Below are positions 1-12,400 of a DNA stretch of 64,000 nt, one piece after another; the stretch's first letter is position 1, and the number at the start of each line of letters is the position of its first letter. Both the position numbers and the translations under genes were made by a program. The notes beneath the pieces are model-generated. The model searched no databases. It was given only the letters and a program-made list of their open reading frames with translations, and was not told the origin of the DNA. Source of the DNA: Phoronis australis (Eukaryota; Animalia; Phoronida). The stretch is taken from contig NMRA01000302.1 of assembly GCA_002633005.1 (NCBI GenBank), positions 257,760 to 321,759 of the forward strand, given 5' to 3'.

Positions 1-481
1 AAAAAATCTGTATTAAATTCAGTTCACTATAAAAAAATTCGGTGCCATGGCAAAGGCTATTATTTGGGCTTAGGTTTCGAATAAAAGTGTTTGCGTAAAG
101 ATCCGTTTCATGAAGTTTTTAACAAAAATGAAGCGGAAATAGTGCCTTTAATCCTGGCATCGGACTGACTAAAGAAATATTACTGGAATGAATCAGGAAT
201 TATCACAGCAATGCATCGTACTTATGTTGCCCTCGACTACGATAGACGAGCTGTCAATTCTTAGAAATCCCAGAAATCATCACTGCTTATCTGAGTAAAG
301 AACATGTTGAGACCATTTATACTCCATTATGTGGTCTAGATCGAAAGTTCTCATCTTGGACGGAACATGGGTTAATACTCGTTTTACTGAGAACAGAAGA
401 GAACACATTTTAACTTAGTTTAAAAATGATGGCGCTCGTCAGAAATCACATTTAATGCCACGAGTTTTTGCAAGAACTCAC

Positions 482-3400
482 AATAACCTCCCTTCTGAAC
501 TGGCTGGTTTCTATCTTCCTCAGTAGGTTGTCGTGTGGCTCGAGGTGGGCTTGTGTTTCCGGTGCCTACCATCACTTCACCGGATCGAACACCCGACAGG
601 GTCCTGCGCAGCACGAATCCGTGGCCTCCCTTTAAGCGTTGTTCAGCTACACATCTACTTAGAAAATATATTTATGACAAAGAAGGTGATGAAATATCGC
701 ATATCAATTCAAATTTTCTGAGTAAATTAAGAGTCATATTGACTAAAGACATCGACCTTGATGTTTTGGGATCCGTAACAGAAGGCTAAAATAGATGTGT
801 GATAAACAAAATGGTTCAATAGCGGGATAGCCGCAGTAAAAGTTACAGTTACATGAATTATTGCTTCTTTTTGAGTGAATTTTATCTCTCACAAAATCAT
901 GGTATTTGCATTAATTAAATGGTTACAGTACTAAGCTCAGAATTCTTCCCTGTGTATGTCAGCCAAAACCGATGTTCTTCCAGACTATAAATCAGTTCGC
1001 GCTCCTTTACCGCAATTTTTCAAAAAGAGATGGACTGAAAACTGCGCAAGTTCATCCATGAAAGTAAATAAACTGAGTATGTTTGATATGCATTGAAAGG
1101 ACGGTTATGGGCAAGATAACTTATTTTTTGAGATCAGCCATCAGGTTATGCGTGGTCACAGTTAGTAATAACAGCATAAAAACCCGACAGGTGTCGCAGT
1201 TTTACAGCTCTGTGAAAGCTAATAAATTAAAGAAATGTATCCTATCAAAATGCGTTTTTCTTTTTTAACCCTGGGTGTCTACTGTCGTTATTACACAAAT
1301 CGGCAACCCAATCCCAAGTCTTGAATTCGAAGAATTTCCCCTTTTATAATTTCTATTCCATGTGAGGACAAATTTAAGGTGAATTCCTTTTTATTTTGTG
1401 TTTTTGAGTTGAGTATTCTATGACATTCGCGGACGAGTAGCTGATTTCAGTTCTTACTTGATGATATCAAAAGAAGACGTACATATATGGGGTAAGAGTG
1501 ACGTAATACCTGTAGGATAATATCTCTTTAGTGTGATTGAAACGTAGTAGAAATTGAATAACACGGTTTGTTGTTATGCCCGCAATGTAACGATCGAGGG
1601 CGACCACATTAATTCAAACAAGTTTACGCTAAATATTTGAGTTTGGAAGTCTACCAAGTACCGGCAACTTCAGCGTTTTAAGTCGTCCAGTCCAAAAGTC
1701 AACTTTTGCTAAAGATCTGATATGAACACGTGAGCATTTTCTTAATTGCGCTGACAATTACAATGTCGTAAAATGCCGTTAGTTGGAGGTTTGTTAACGT
1801 CAATAAAACAAATACAATACATATACAAAAAAATAAAACAAAAACAGTACCTATAATCGTTTTCCACTTTTTGTGGTGTTTCTTTGGATATAATGACGGT
1901 CCAGCCCTGGGTGTAGATCGTCACGTTGTTAAGAGCCTTCACAATTTCTGATCGCCTGTCAATTTCATACAGTTTCACGGTATGATGTCCTGAAAAGAAA
2001 CGTTCAAGCAGTCGCCAGGTATCGACTGAAGCAGCGTCACGAAGCAATTTGACGAAAGAGTGTGAACAGGTGAAGTAAACAATGGCTAATCGACGTTTTC
2101 CTTAGACGTTTTCCTTTTAATAAGAGATATTGTCCTTTTTCCGCTAAAACGTTTTTTGAGATAATTGCTGATTGTGATAGACATGTTGAAATTATTAGCT
2201 TTGACAAAAAGTATGAAAGAATAAGGCTCGTCTCTTGGCCATTTTATTACAAATCGCAAAATTTCGCAGTTGTTCAGATGTTTGGCGTACCCACTTGATA
2301 TTTGCCCATTTGGCAGTTTGCTCCCATTGGTACCTGGTATTAAATTTGCTATTTTGCTCTACCCAGTTGGTAGGCAATCGACCAATATCCATGGTGCCTT
2401 CTATCAAATAATTATTTTTAGAGCCGTGACTCTGTACTTCCCAATACAACCTAAAATATACATCATAGTTGTGTTGTTTTTTGTCCCCAATAAATACGCT
2501 TAAATACCCTAAGGAACATGTATTGCAAGTGGTGTTTACTTCGACCAGCAGAGAGGGTGGCTGCCACATTTTTCAGCTCTCTTGCGCGCTGAGGCTGATC
2601 TCAGAAAAATCTTTTTTCTCCTTTTAAGGCGATTTGACATGTTTTTAACCACTTAAAAGATGCTATAAGTTATTGCATCAATCAGACTGCTCTATATTAT
2701 GATAGTTTTACTGTAAGAATAGATTTTTTCATTATCAAACCGGTAAATCCAAGGAAACATCGCCGGAACTGCTTCCGGTGGATTTGACCTCGCTGGTAGC
2801 AATTACATGTATTTATGAGACTGCGTTCACCCATGTCTCATCCTTTCAACCTATTAGAAAGCAACTACTTCCGGTCTTGTTGGGGCACTGCCAGATGAAA
2901 GAGAGGGAGCGAAGGAGGGATGGTGGGAAGGGGGGAGGCCCAGTGAGAGGAAGTGGAAGTGCGAGAGAGAGGGGGGGGTTATATACCAAGTGTGTCCATT
3001 TTTCCTACCTGGACCGGAGTCAGCCTGGCCTGGCATAAAATGAACTTTACACACAATCGTCAACTTTTTGCAGTCCTCCCTTGTGTCCCAGCCTTTCGAC
3101 ACTAACTGTGAAATACGGGGTGCCACTGAAACAGGTCCTTGAATGAATACGTTGTCTACTGGATTTAATATCTCTATACCATGTGTTCCATTAGCAAAAT
3201 CATAGCGGGATTTTCTCTAGATAAGCACATGGGCATGTTTCAGACTATTAAATTTTCAGGCGTGTTTTCGGAATAGGGGGGCGTCTAAATGGAAAGTCAT
3301 TGAAAGCTTTGCTGACATTTTTTTCTTAAAACTGTGCTTAAATTGTTATGTTAATAAGTGCATGGTTCGCTAACACCTTGTTCGTTTTCATAAATCTGAA

Positions 3401-6400
3401 TGCTCCATAAAACTGAATTTGCGAGAAAGATATGCCCCTGAGTGGGATTTTTGAGAAAATTTTCCGAATAAAGGCTCCACTATCTGGACACTTGGCACCA
3501 TCAGTTGTAACACCATATGATTTTCCGAAAAAACGGACATGGGCATTTCATTGGATGGGGTTATCCCGGTAACAATAATAAAAAGAAAAAAGAACAACTG
3601 TATTTTACGTTTGTACGCGCAGAGTAAGAAAACTAGAAACAACAATACTCTGCGCTTGCACACGTTTGCATAGGTTTGGATGAGAATACCACGTGACCAT
3701 AGTCCCCACATGATTAGACAAGGAAAACGTGATGGACGGCAGCAGGATGCAACGCACTCGGTGGCAAAACTATCTCGTAGTGAGAAAACTCGTCAAAATC
3801 ACCTGCTGTTATTGGGCATATACGGTGATGTCTCGTAGAATCTCACAAGATGTTGCTCTTCCAGCGATATATTACAGTAGCGTTATTGAACTTGACAGCG
3901 ATTTTCTGTGGTTACGAAAACAGACATGATCGGGAACAGGCTCAACAGGTTTACGCGCCTGTGGCCTGTTTCACTTCAGTGTACGGCAGTCGCAAGATTT
4001 TTGGCGTAATAGCGAATTTCGAACTTTGTAATGTACGATGCAGCTGAGATATAACTAAAGCGTATTTTAGTTTGACCGTACACTGTATTTGATCCGGTGA
4101 CACGAAGACGTGTAAAGGAAGACAAAAGAACGTCAAATTATTTTTAATTACGATTCGGTTGCACTGAAATCTGGCAACAAATTTTTTCCGTGAATAATGT
4201 GATTACTCTGGTAGTCCTCTTCGGTCGGTCTTCCATGTTGTTTTATCGAAAAAGAGCTCTCTGTTCTATTTATACATGGTCATCTAACTACTTTTCAAAT
4301 AAACATGTGAAAATAGACTCATAGTTTCAAACCACTGTATACACAAACTGAAGGCAGCAAAGAATTTAAATGTCGCTATCTTTACAGACCTTTTCTAAAT
4401 GAAAACTGTTTAAACCAACTTTCAAAATCACTGTTTACTGAACAACCCGATGTTCACGTACGTAGGCATTTGTGTATGTCCTTGTCAAATTTGTCCCACT
4501 TGTTGTTTCCAAGACAAGTGGCTTTGATGGCCTGTTTGTTCATAACATCGCCGTTTATTGCGAAGCCAGTTGCGCAATTGTGCGTTACCTTGATACCCTT
4601 GGCGACCTTTCCCGAGCGAGACGCCTTGTAACCAAAGTAACTATCGATTTCACACATGTCCAAACTCGAACTGACTTCTGCGAGAAAAATGAGACTGTCA
4701 TATCAAATAAAAAAACATAACATTTTCAAAATATTTCATCAGAGTGTCAGAATTCAGACCAAATTTCCACTTTACTCTGTAACTAAAAAGGTCTAAAACT
4801 TGATAACATCTTTATATTTGCTTCATCGACATGTCATTTGTTCAATGCACTGTTTGAAATACTTTAAAAGAAAAAATATTGAAAAGGGAACCTGCGCCCG
4901 AGGTTTAATCTCCAAACTTTAAATTGAACTCGAAATTATGTTTACTGTTTTAGTCAGACTTTCACCCAAATTAAGATTCTGTTAGCCAGTGCTCGAGCAT
5001 ATTGTGGTATACACAAAATGAGTTTTTAGTTCAACTTTTAACTGAGTTTTCCAAAGAGAAATATAATTGAGAAATGATGAAAAGTGACATTATTTGGTAA
5101 AACGGGGCAAATATCTTCAGAATGAGTTCATCCCCAAATGTGTATTGAAGAAAGCGTAAATAATCTCTGGTGTGTCAGTCAAATCATAATTCATGGAGGT
5201 TTATCCTTGACCCTACTCCTTTAAGATTCAGTCTAGTTCCGGGATTGACGTTTAAAAATCAAAATTTGGAAATTTTAGGGTTGATGGCTAAGTTTAACAT
5301 GTGGGTTAATCCGGACGCTTGCAATAACTCCCAAAATAAAACATTTCAAAACTCCTTTTAGCAATAACAACATTGTATTGAAGACCAGAAACAAAACATG
5401 GTGTTCAACAGGGGGCACCTGTACAGTTTTGTGTCAGGACGTGTGGTATGACGATAGTTCACTCACCAGCAGGCCGAGTTTTCCCGAAAACTGAAGACAG
5501 CGCACTCCAGTAGGGATTGGTGTTCATGTTTATTTTACCACGGACCGCCATCAAGTATTCGGTGTCAGGGACGAGATTTGCAATAACATGCGATATTGTC
5601 TTAGAGCCCGTGACGGAAGTATCGGTGAAATTAACTAGCTGCAATGTGAGAGTTCATAGTCAGATTTTGACAGTCTTCGTAAAAATATTTCAACTTCAGA
5701 AGAACTAACTTGTCCATTTTCAATCTTAAAAGTAGCAAACAGAGGAAATGAATGAGTGTTAAAATTTATGATGAAAAAGTTTGCATCTTTGTTGGTAATA
5801 AGTTTGCTGTGGCCAAGAACAGGTCTCATCCATCTTAACATTGATATTAAGTTCTGTCATTATAAATTTCTCTCGTTTGTTAGAGCCTTTAAAAAAGCAT
5901 AATCCATTTACCACACTCTTTGGTCAACAAATAGAAATGGTTACATTTTTTTCAAAAACGACACCAAAATAATTTTTCATAACGTATTCAATTTCAGAAA
6001 AGAAACCGATCGAAAAATCACCGGTTTTTGTCCACGATAGTTAAACTCAGTGTTTTATTGCCCTGACGTCATCGATAATGCGGTAATTTTCCTGCTCCAT
6101 ACCAAAGAAGCTGAAAACCTAAAATCCTGCCTCCCGTTCAGTACCGCTATGACCTCGCTAAAAAGCAAGACTTCGCGAGATTACGTGATAAATTGCCGTG
6201 TAGTTTAAATGAGAACACGTGACTTTGACTAGGATTTAGCTAGGTCCTAGCGTAGGTCCTGGCGTCTACTGAACGCACGCCTGATATGGAATGATTACGG
6301 CAACTGCGATCTATGTACAAATCTATTGAGGAAGAGAGTTTGCACGGCCGCTTGGCCAATTAACAAGTGATGATTGAAATCCTTGAAAGCAGATAATGCC

Positions 6401-9400
6401 CTTTAACCTACATGTAACCTAGCCAACACGTGAAAGTTTAAAACAAAAACTCTTAAGCCAGCAAACCTCATTAACAATCTAGGCAAATTCATCAACGTCT
6501 GAGCGGCCGACCTCCCACGTCAAAACAGAATCCATGTTTCGACACACCTAGACAGGGTTTGCCTTGCGAGCATTTCGAAGTGCAAGTTTCTTGCGAGAAA
6601 ATCTAGATCCCGCAAGGCAATTTAAAACGACGCAAGTATAATTAATCTGTTTACTCCAAAAGTGGAGACTAAGAAAAACAAAGATGTTTTCACTGAAAAT
6701 CATGATATCTACGACCTTTTAAACTTGCGTCAATGCCTGTACTGAGGAAAGTTAAGACAGTGCAACGTTTATGTTTAGAACTGTGATCAAAAGTCATTAA
6801 AAGACCTTCGAGGAAAGGAGTGTCAGTGACAGTCAATCAAAGACCCATTTCGTGATAGTGTGACAGGGGCTTTAAATACAATCCAGACATGGTGAGCTCA
6901 GATATATTATATCCGGTTGTCTGGTAAAGCACAACATTTCGTACCTTTTCATCAGTGCGCAACTTGGTAAAGTAGATGATCTCAAACACCATTCCGCAAG
7001 ATAATTTAAAATGACGCAAGTGTTCTTTTAACAGCAGCCACTATACAGATACCACTCAAGAAGATCCAAGTCTGTCAAAAATATACCAGTCCTCAAGTAG
7101 TACCATTTTCCCAGGTCTTACATGCATAACTACTCAGTGTCCACCAAAAGTAATTCGTGTGGAGAAGAAGAAAAACAACGGAGTTGTTCCACTAAAATCG
7201 TGATACAACCTTTTAAACTTGCGTCAAATGTTGAAGAATTTACGACCCTGCAACGTTTATATCAAAAACTGTCGTCAAAAAGTCATTAAAAGACCTTCGG
7301 TGAAAGGACTGTCAGTGACTGTCAGTGTGACAGAGCTTTAAAGGAGAATGCCAACCGATTTAATTAGTTTTTTTACCGTCTTAAAGGTCTATATCCATAT
7401 CTCCTGTTATACAGTCGACCTCACCTTGCCGAGAGGTGTCACGTTGACTTGTGAGGAAGGTGAGAAATGACGTAGCGACGTCAGTGGTTCGTCTGCAGAG
7501 TGAATGCCGCTATACTGCAGTACATTGTTCCCGCTTGTCCGAACTATGAAGCAGAGAAGAAAGCGGGTATGTCGTTTTTTCAACTTCCTCGAGAGGCCGA
7601 AATGCTTAGGAAGTGGCTCGCCGTAGTGAAGAATGGAAGGTTCGCTGTTAATGAGGCCGTGAAACATCTCCGTGTCTGTGGCCGGCTTTTCGTCGACAAT
7701 GATTTCTCTGCCAAATTCCGGCTTACCAAAGAACTATCCATACGTTCCGTTGCCTGTGCATGTTCACGGCGCCTCTCTTGTATTTCTTGATCATTGTATC
7801 CTGGTTCGAACTGATAGTCTGTGAAACCTAACGATCCGACCCGTGAAGTCTTCGACGATGAGTTCTTGACTAAGTCAGGATTGCTATGTAGACGTTTATT
7901 ATTCTGCGTTCTGCTTCGAAATAAATTATTCTCACCCTAACCAATGCTTATACAAAACTGAAACAAAGTCTGCCTCATTAGATACAATTTGTAATGCCTT
8001 TGCAGTATTCTTTAGTGCAAATGTTGAGAAGCCAGCAATGGCCACTGCGTTACCGGCTTTTGATGCCGGCAATAAAGGTAATTGACCCGGCACCGACGCC
8101 GTGTGAGCCCATGCTAATTCAGTGTTTGCTAACAGAAAGCTGATTTGAAACAATACTCGATTTTATATGCTATGGTCGCATGTTAGGGGAATCTTTATAC
8201 AGAAATACCAATACATTATTCAAATCATTGTTACGGAACAATCTTTGCCCTTACAGTCTGTGGGAGGGGAACCCCGACAAGTAAGTAGGTTTTCAGTTTC
8301 GTGGCTAATTCACATAAATAATTACGTGCACATTATTTCCTTGGCTGACTATTATAGCCTTTTCGTGACTGGAGGTTTAGTTTCCGGCAACTCAAGCTGG
8401 TATATGATTGTGCCAGTCTCGGCGGCCGCGACGGGCCTGATCGGGTTCCGAGCCACTGGCCGGGATAACGAGTCAGTCCCGCCGCTACAGGCCTGATCGG
8501 GGTCCGAACCACTGGCCGGGATAAGTGTTCTGTGTGTGTTTAGAACTAAAAAATCACAAGTCTAAACAACACAGATCTAAGTTCTCCTGTCTGTATTTCA
8601 CGGAAGAATACTTCGAATTTATCTCCGAACAAACCCCAAGCTTCTGCTACGGACCTTGGTAAATTGGCCTGCCGAACTTTGTAGGCTACGGTGTGTCCAA
8701 ATACCAATAAATCCGTAACAGCGGAATAAAACAACACGTTTTTATAAGAACTAGATGTGTTTTAAGGGTTTTACATCGAAGTTTGATGGTTTATTGGTGT
8801 TAAACGATGAATTCAAGCGATAAGCTGACACCAGTAACCCATGTTGTGAACTGCTGAACAGACTGCTCGTGAAACCAATGACGTCATTGGATAATTTCAA
8901 CACCTCCGTCTGCCGTGAGGTGTCAGGTAACGCAACCGAACGAGTAGAACTATAGATCTACTCGATCTAAATTGATGCAAAATAGGTTGTTTTGGGGTGC
9001 CATTCTCCTTTAAATACAATCGAGACATGATCAAATCCGGTTGTAAAGTAAAACACAACTTTTCGTACCTCAACATCAGCGCTCAACTTGCTACGGTAGG
9101 AGACCTCAAACACCATTCCGTTGGCTACTTTTAAAGTTACGTCCATGCCATGCGGGGGCCTCCACGTCACGTTCAACTTTGTGCTTGGGTCACCGATAGC
9201 GGGACTTGCACTTAGTTTTTGAACTCGGTCGGGCTTGACTGGAATAAAATTGTACATCAGGACTTTGCTAAGCAGTGCTGTCAGTGGTAAAATAAGTGGT
9301 AAGTTGGCGCTCAAAGACCACCGTATTACCTTGAGCACTGAACGTAACTTACAATATACGTTGCATAGGCGCTACGTTCAAAGGCCAAAAACTGGTTGGC

Positions 9401-12400
9401 TGCGCCTACATGCGCCTACGCCCCACTGCAGCACTGCTGTTACGAAAAGTAAAGGCAAGACTTTATGCAATTTCTCCGATGTATACAACACACCAAACAG
9501 TGTCAACGTCAGCGAAAGGATAAAGCATCGAATGCTGGGAAGAAACTAAAGAGCTGCTGAGAAAAGTGGTCGGAGGGAGGTATCGGCACAGATGCACGTT
9601 GGAAAGTGAATAATTCTTCCCTAAGCAGAAATGTAAAGTTTGATTACGACTCAAGTTTTAAGTAACGTCATCGGCAAGACTGCAATTAACCAAGAATTTA
9701 GAATTTCGTAATTATACGGCTAAACTCAGTAAAGAAAATATTTTCTGGCGGAAATAAAGACTTAAGAATGTATTTGTTGATATCAGTCTTATAACCATCT
9801 TTTTTGAAAGATTTGGTGTTTTAAAAACAAGTTCAGACCACTTTATGTACTCATGCACTGTACCATATACTGGGCTTCTGGTTATTGGAAATGGGGTGCT
9901 CCAACCTTATTCAAAAAATTGTCCATTTTTACGATGTTACATTTGTGTCTAGCAAATTTTAAATATCTTATCCCCATTCTCGGGGAACTTCAAGTACAAA
10001 ATATATACCGCGTAGCGAGAAAAAAAAATTATCAGAACCCCCTTAGAACCGCGCATCCGCGTAGATATTTGTTTACTACTTATCCAAGGTCAAAGGTTAA
10101 AGGGCTTTCAAATAAATCGAATCTTCCGCCAGGTACAGAACAGCTTCGTATACCCTTAGTCCTTTCATTCACAAAGTCTCCATGAGAACCAACGAGGTGT
10201 TTTTATGATAGAATGGTGCCGGGGAAAACGAAGTCAAAACGTAGTTTTGATCCTAAGGGAGTTGTCCGTCTACGTGCATACTACCGTTGGCGTTGAAAAC
10301 GAATGCTACGAGTCGCCTCAGGCCTCTGTGGTCATGAACACAGAAAGTTGTGGAAAGAGATAAATCCTTACCCCAATTCCTTAATTCAATTAATAAGTTG
10401 ACATTTCGATGATCTCATGCTAACGACATACTTTAACCACCGATTCGATTTTTGTAATCCATTTCTTACCTGGTTTCGTATTAGTCTCCCAGCACGTGAC
10501 CTGTGCAGGCTATGAACTGTGACCTACTTAGAAAGTAGGGCGTGAACAACAGTAAAAGTTGGCTGGGAACAATACGTCTAACTGAGGTTCTAATGATACT
10601 TAAGTTGGTTTCGCATTGCAAAATCAGTTGACATTGCGGGTGAACGTTGAAATAGTTAACATAGTTAAAGATTGTATGTGTTATGTGTACCGAAAACAAG
10701 TTTTCACCGAGTAATTAACCGAAGACTTTGAGATTTTTACTTGTCCCAGTTTAATCGTTTTTTCTCGGCTTCGGAAAATCGACTTTATTTGAACTTAGTT
10801 CTCAAAAACGGCTGAATGGATTTCGCTGAAACTTTTCAAACTTAATATTTAGCCATCAGTCTCAAAAATGCTATTAGGATTTTTGATATAAAGGACTAGT
10901 TTTTGCGTAATGTGACAAAGACGAATACGGCTTCAATTTTTTTACAAAAAACCTTACCTTTTGCGAGTTGATATAAACCTAACGAACAGACTAATCGAAA
11001 ATTCCTAACAGATTTTTGAGTTAACTGGTGAAGTTTTCATTTAAAAAAGGTTTCATTAAAATCGACCGAGGGGTTATTTTGCTATGAATGTACCTTTCTT
11101 AAAAATGAAATTTTGACTTAAAAAAGATTTTACGTAAAATAGTAATGGCACATGAATACAAAAAGTACATTTACATTTCCTGGTCTGCGTTCTTTCAGAA
11201 ACTACCACTTTTACTAGTTGACAAAGCTTAGTTTTTTGATATACGAATGAGAATGGAGGCCACTAAATAAGGTTGGAGATAACCCTAAACGAGTTCGTTC
11301 CAGTGAAAGGCGTACGTGCACAGTTAAGTTTGCGTCACCATAAAATTGCACAAATGTCGCAAAATTGCACTCACATTTCAACTCTGGATCTACCTAAGGG
11401 ATAAACGATAAATGGGCCTTACTTATCTCCGGGTTGGCTTTAACCTCATACATTTGGGGTCCAACCGAGTCTTGTCCTCGCGTGACCTCGACTATGAAGC
11501 AGTAGGTGCGATATTTTTGGAACAAGTGTGGATATCTATAGCTGGAGAATTTGGAGAAATATATCCTGAAGACCGTGAATTGTCCAGTGATCTCCTTCTC
11601 TGGTATGATCTCCTTAGAGTCGTCCACGAGGCCAGGCGTGTTTGTCGGACAGCTGTTACTGCAAGCAGATGCAGTGGGTGACATATCATGTTTAGTTATA
11701 CCGGTGCTTCCAGAAAGGACGGAAGTAAAAGAATCGTCGTATTTTTTGGAAAACCTCGAATGGCTTCGCCAACACACTTTCACGACATTGTTTTTTTTTT
11801 GAAAAATTAGACAGCTGCACTGGCCATTTGGTTTGTGATTCTTAAGGTCTCCAGATAGAATTTAAATGTCGTTTCAAAACAATTAATTCATTGCCAAACA
11901 CGACGCTTTGCTTTTCAGTTTCACAATTTATTTTTAGTTGTTTTTAATTTTTGTTGGAATTGTTAATAGAAAGAATGTAGGTGGTCTGATGTAATTTGCG
12001 GTGCATCAGACGTGCGCAGGTCTCATGATTGGCCCATTGCATCAATCACTTGTGCTAAAAACACAAAGGGTTTTCTTGGACGAGGTTGTAAAAAGCATTG
12101 CCTTGATTTTCTGGAGATCCTCGAATGAGTTCGCAAAGAAATTAATTCTAATACAATTTCAAAACATTGTCTTTTTGAAATATTTGACAGCTGCACTGGT
12201 CATTTGGCTTGAGATTATTAAGGTCACCTGGTAGAATTTAAAAGTCAGATCAATGTACATGTAAAATAAATGACCTGTTCATCCTACATAAAAAAGGGCG
12301 ACAGACTGGGCATGTACCCAGTTGCGTACACCCATCCTGCAGCATCCGTGGGATACCCATTAATAGGTTCAAGTACAATGTATATAATACAGAACGCTGG

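Noticed and set aside
420-481. Gene A ending at the in-frame stop at 420 (and C at 52094)
   Set aside because: A conserved T|GTGAGT donor in both genes and the downstream GPI exon in C favour splicing; a secreted intron-retained isoform is not excluded.
11787-12248. Approximately 85-bp direct repeat in gene A intron 5
   Set aside because: Local intronic duplication (single copy in B) with no coding or structural signal.
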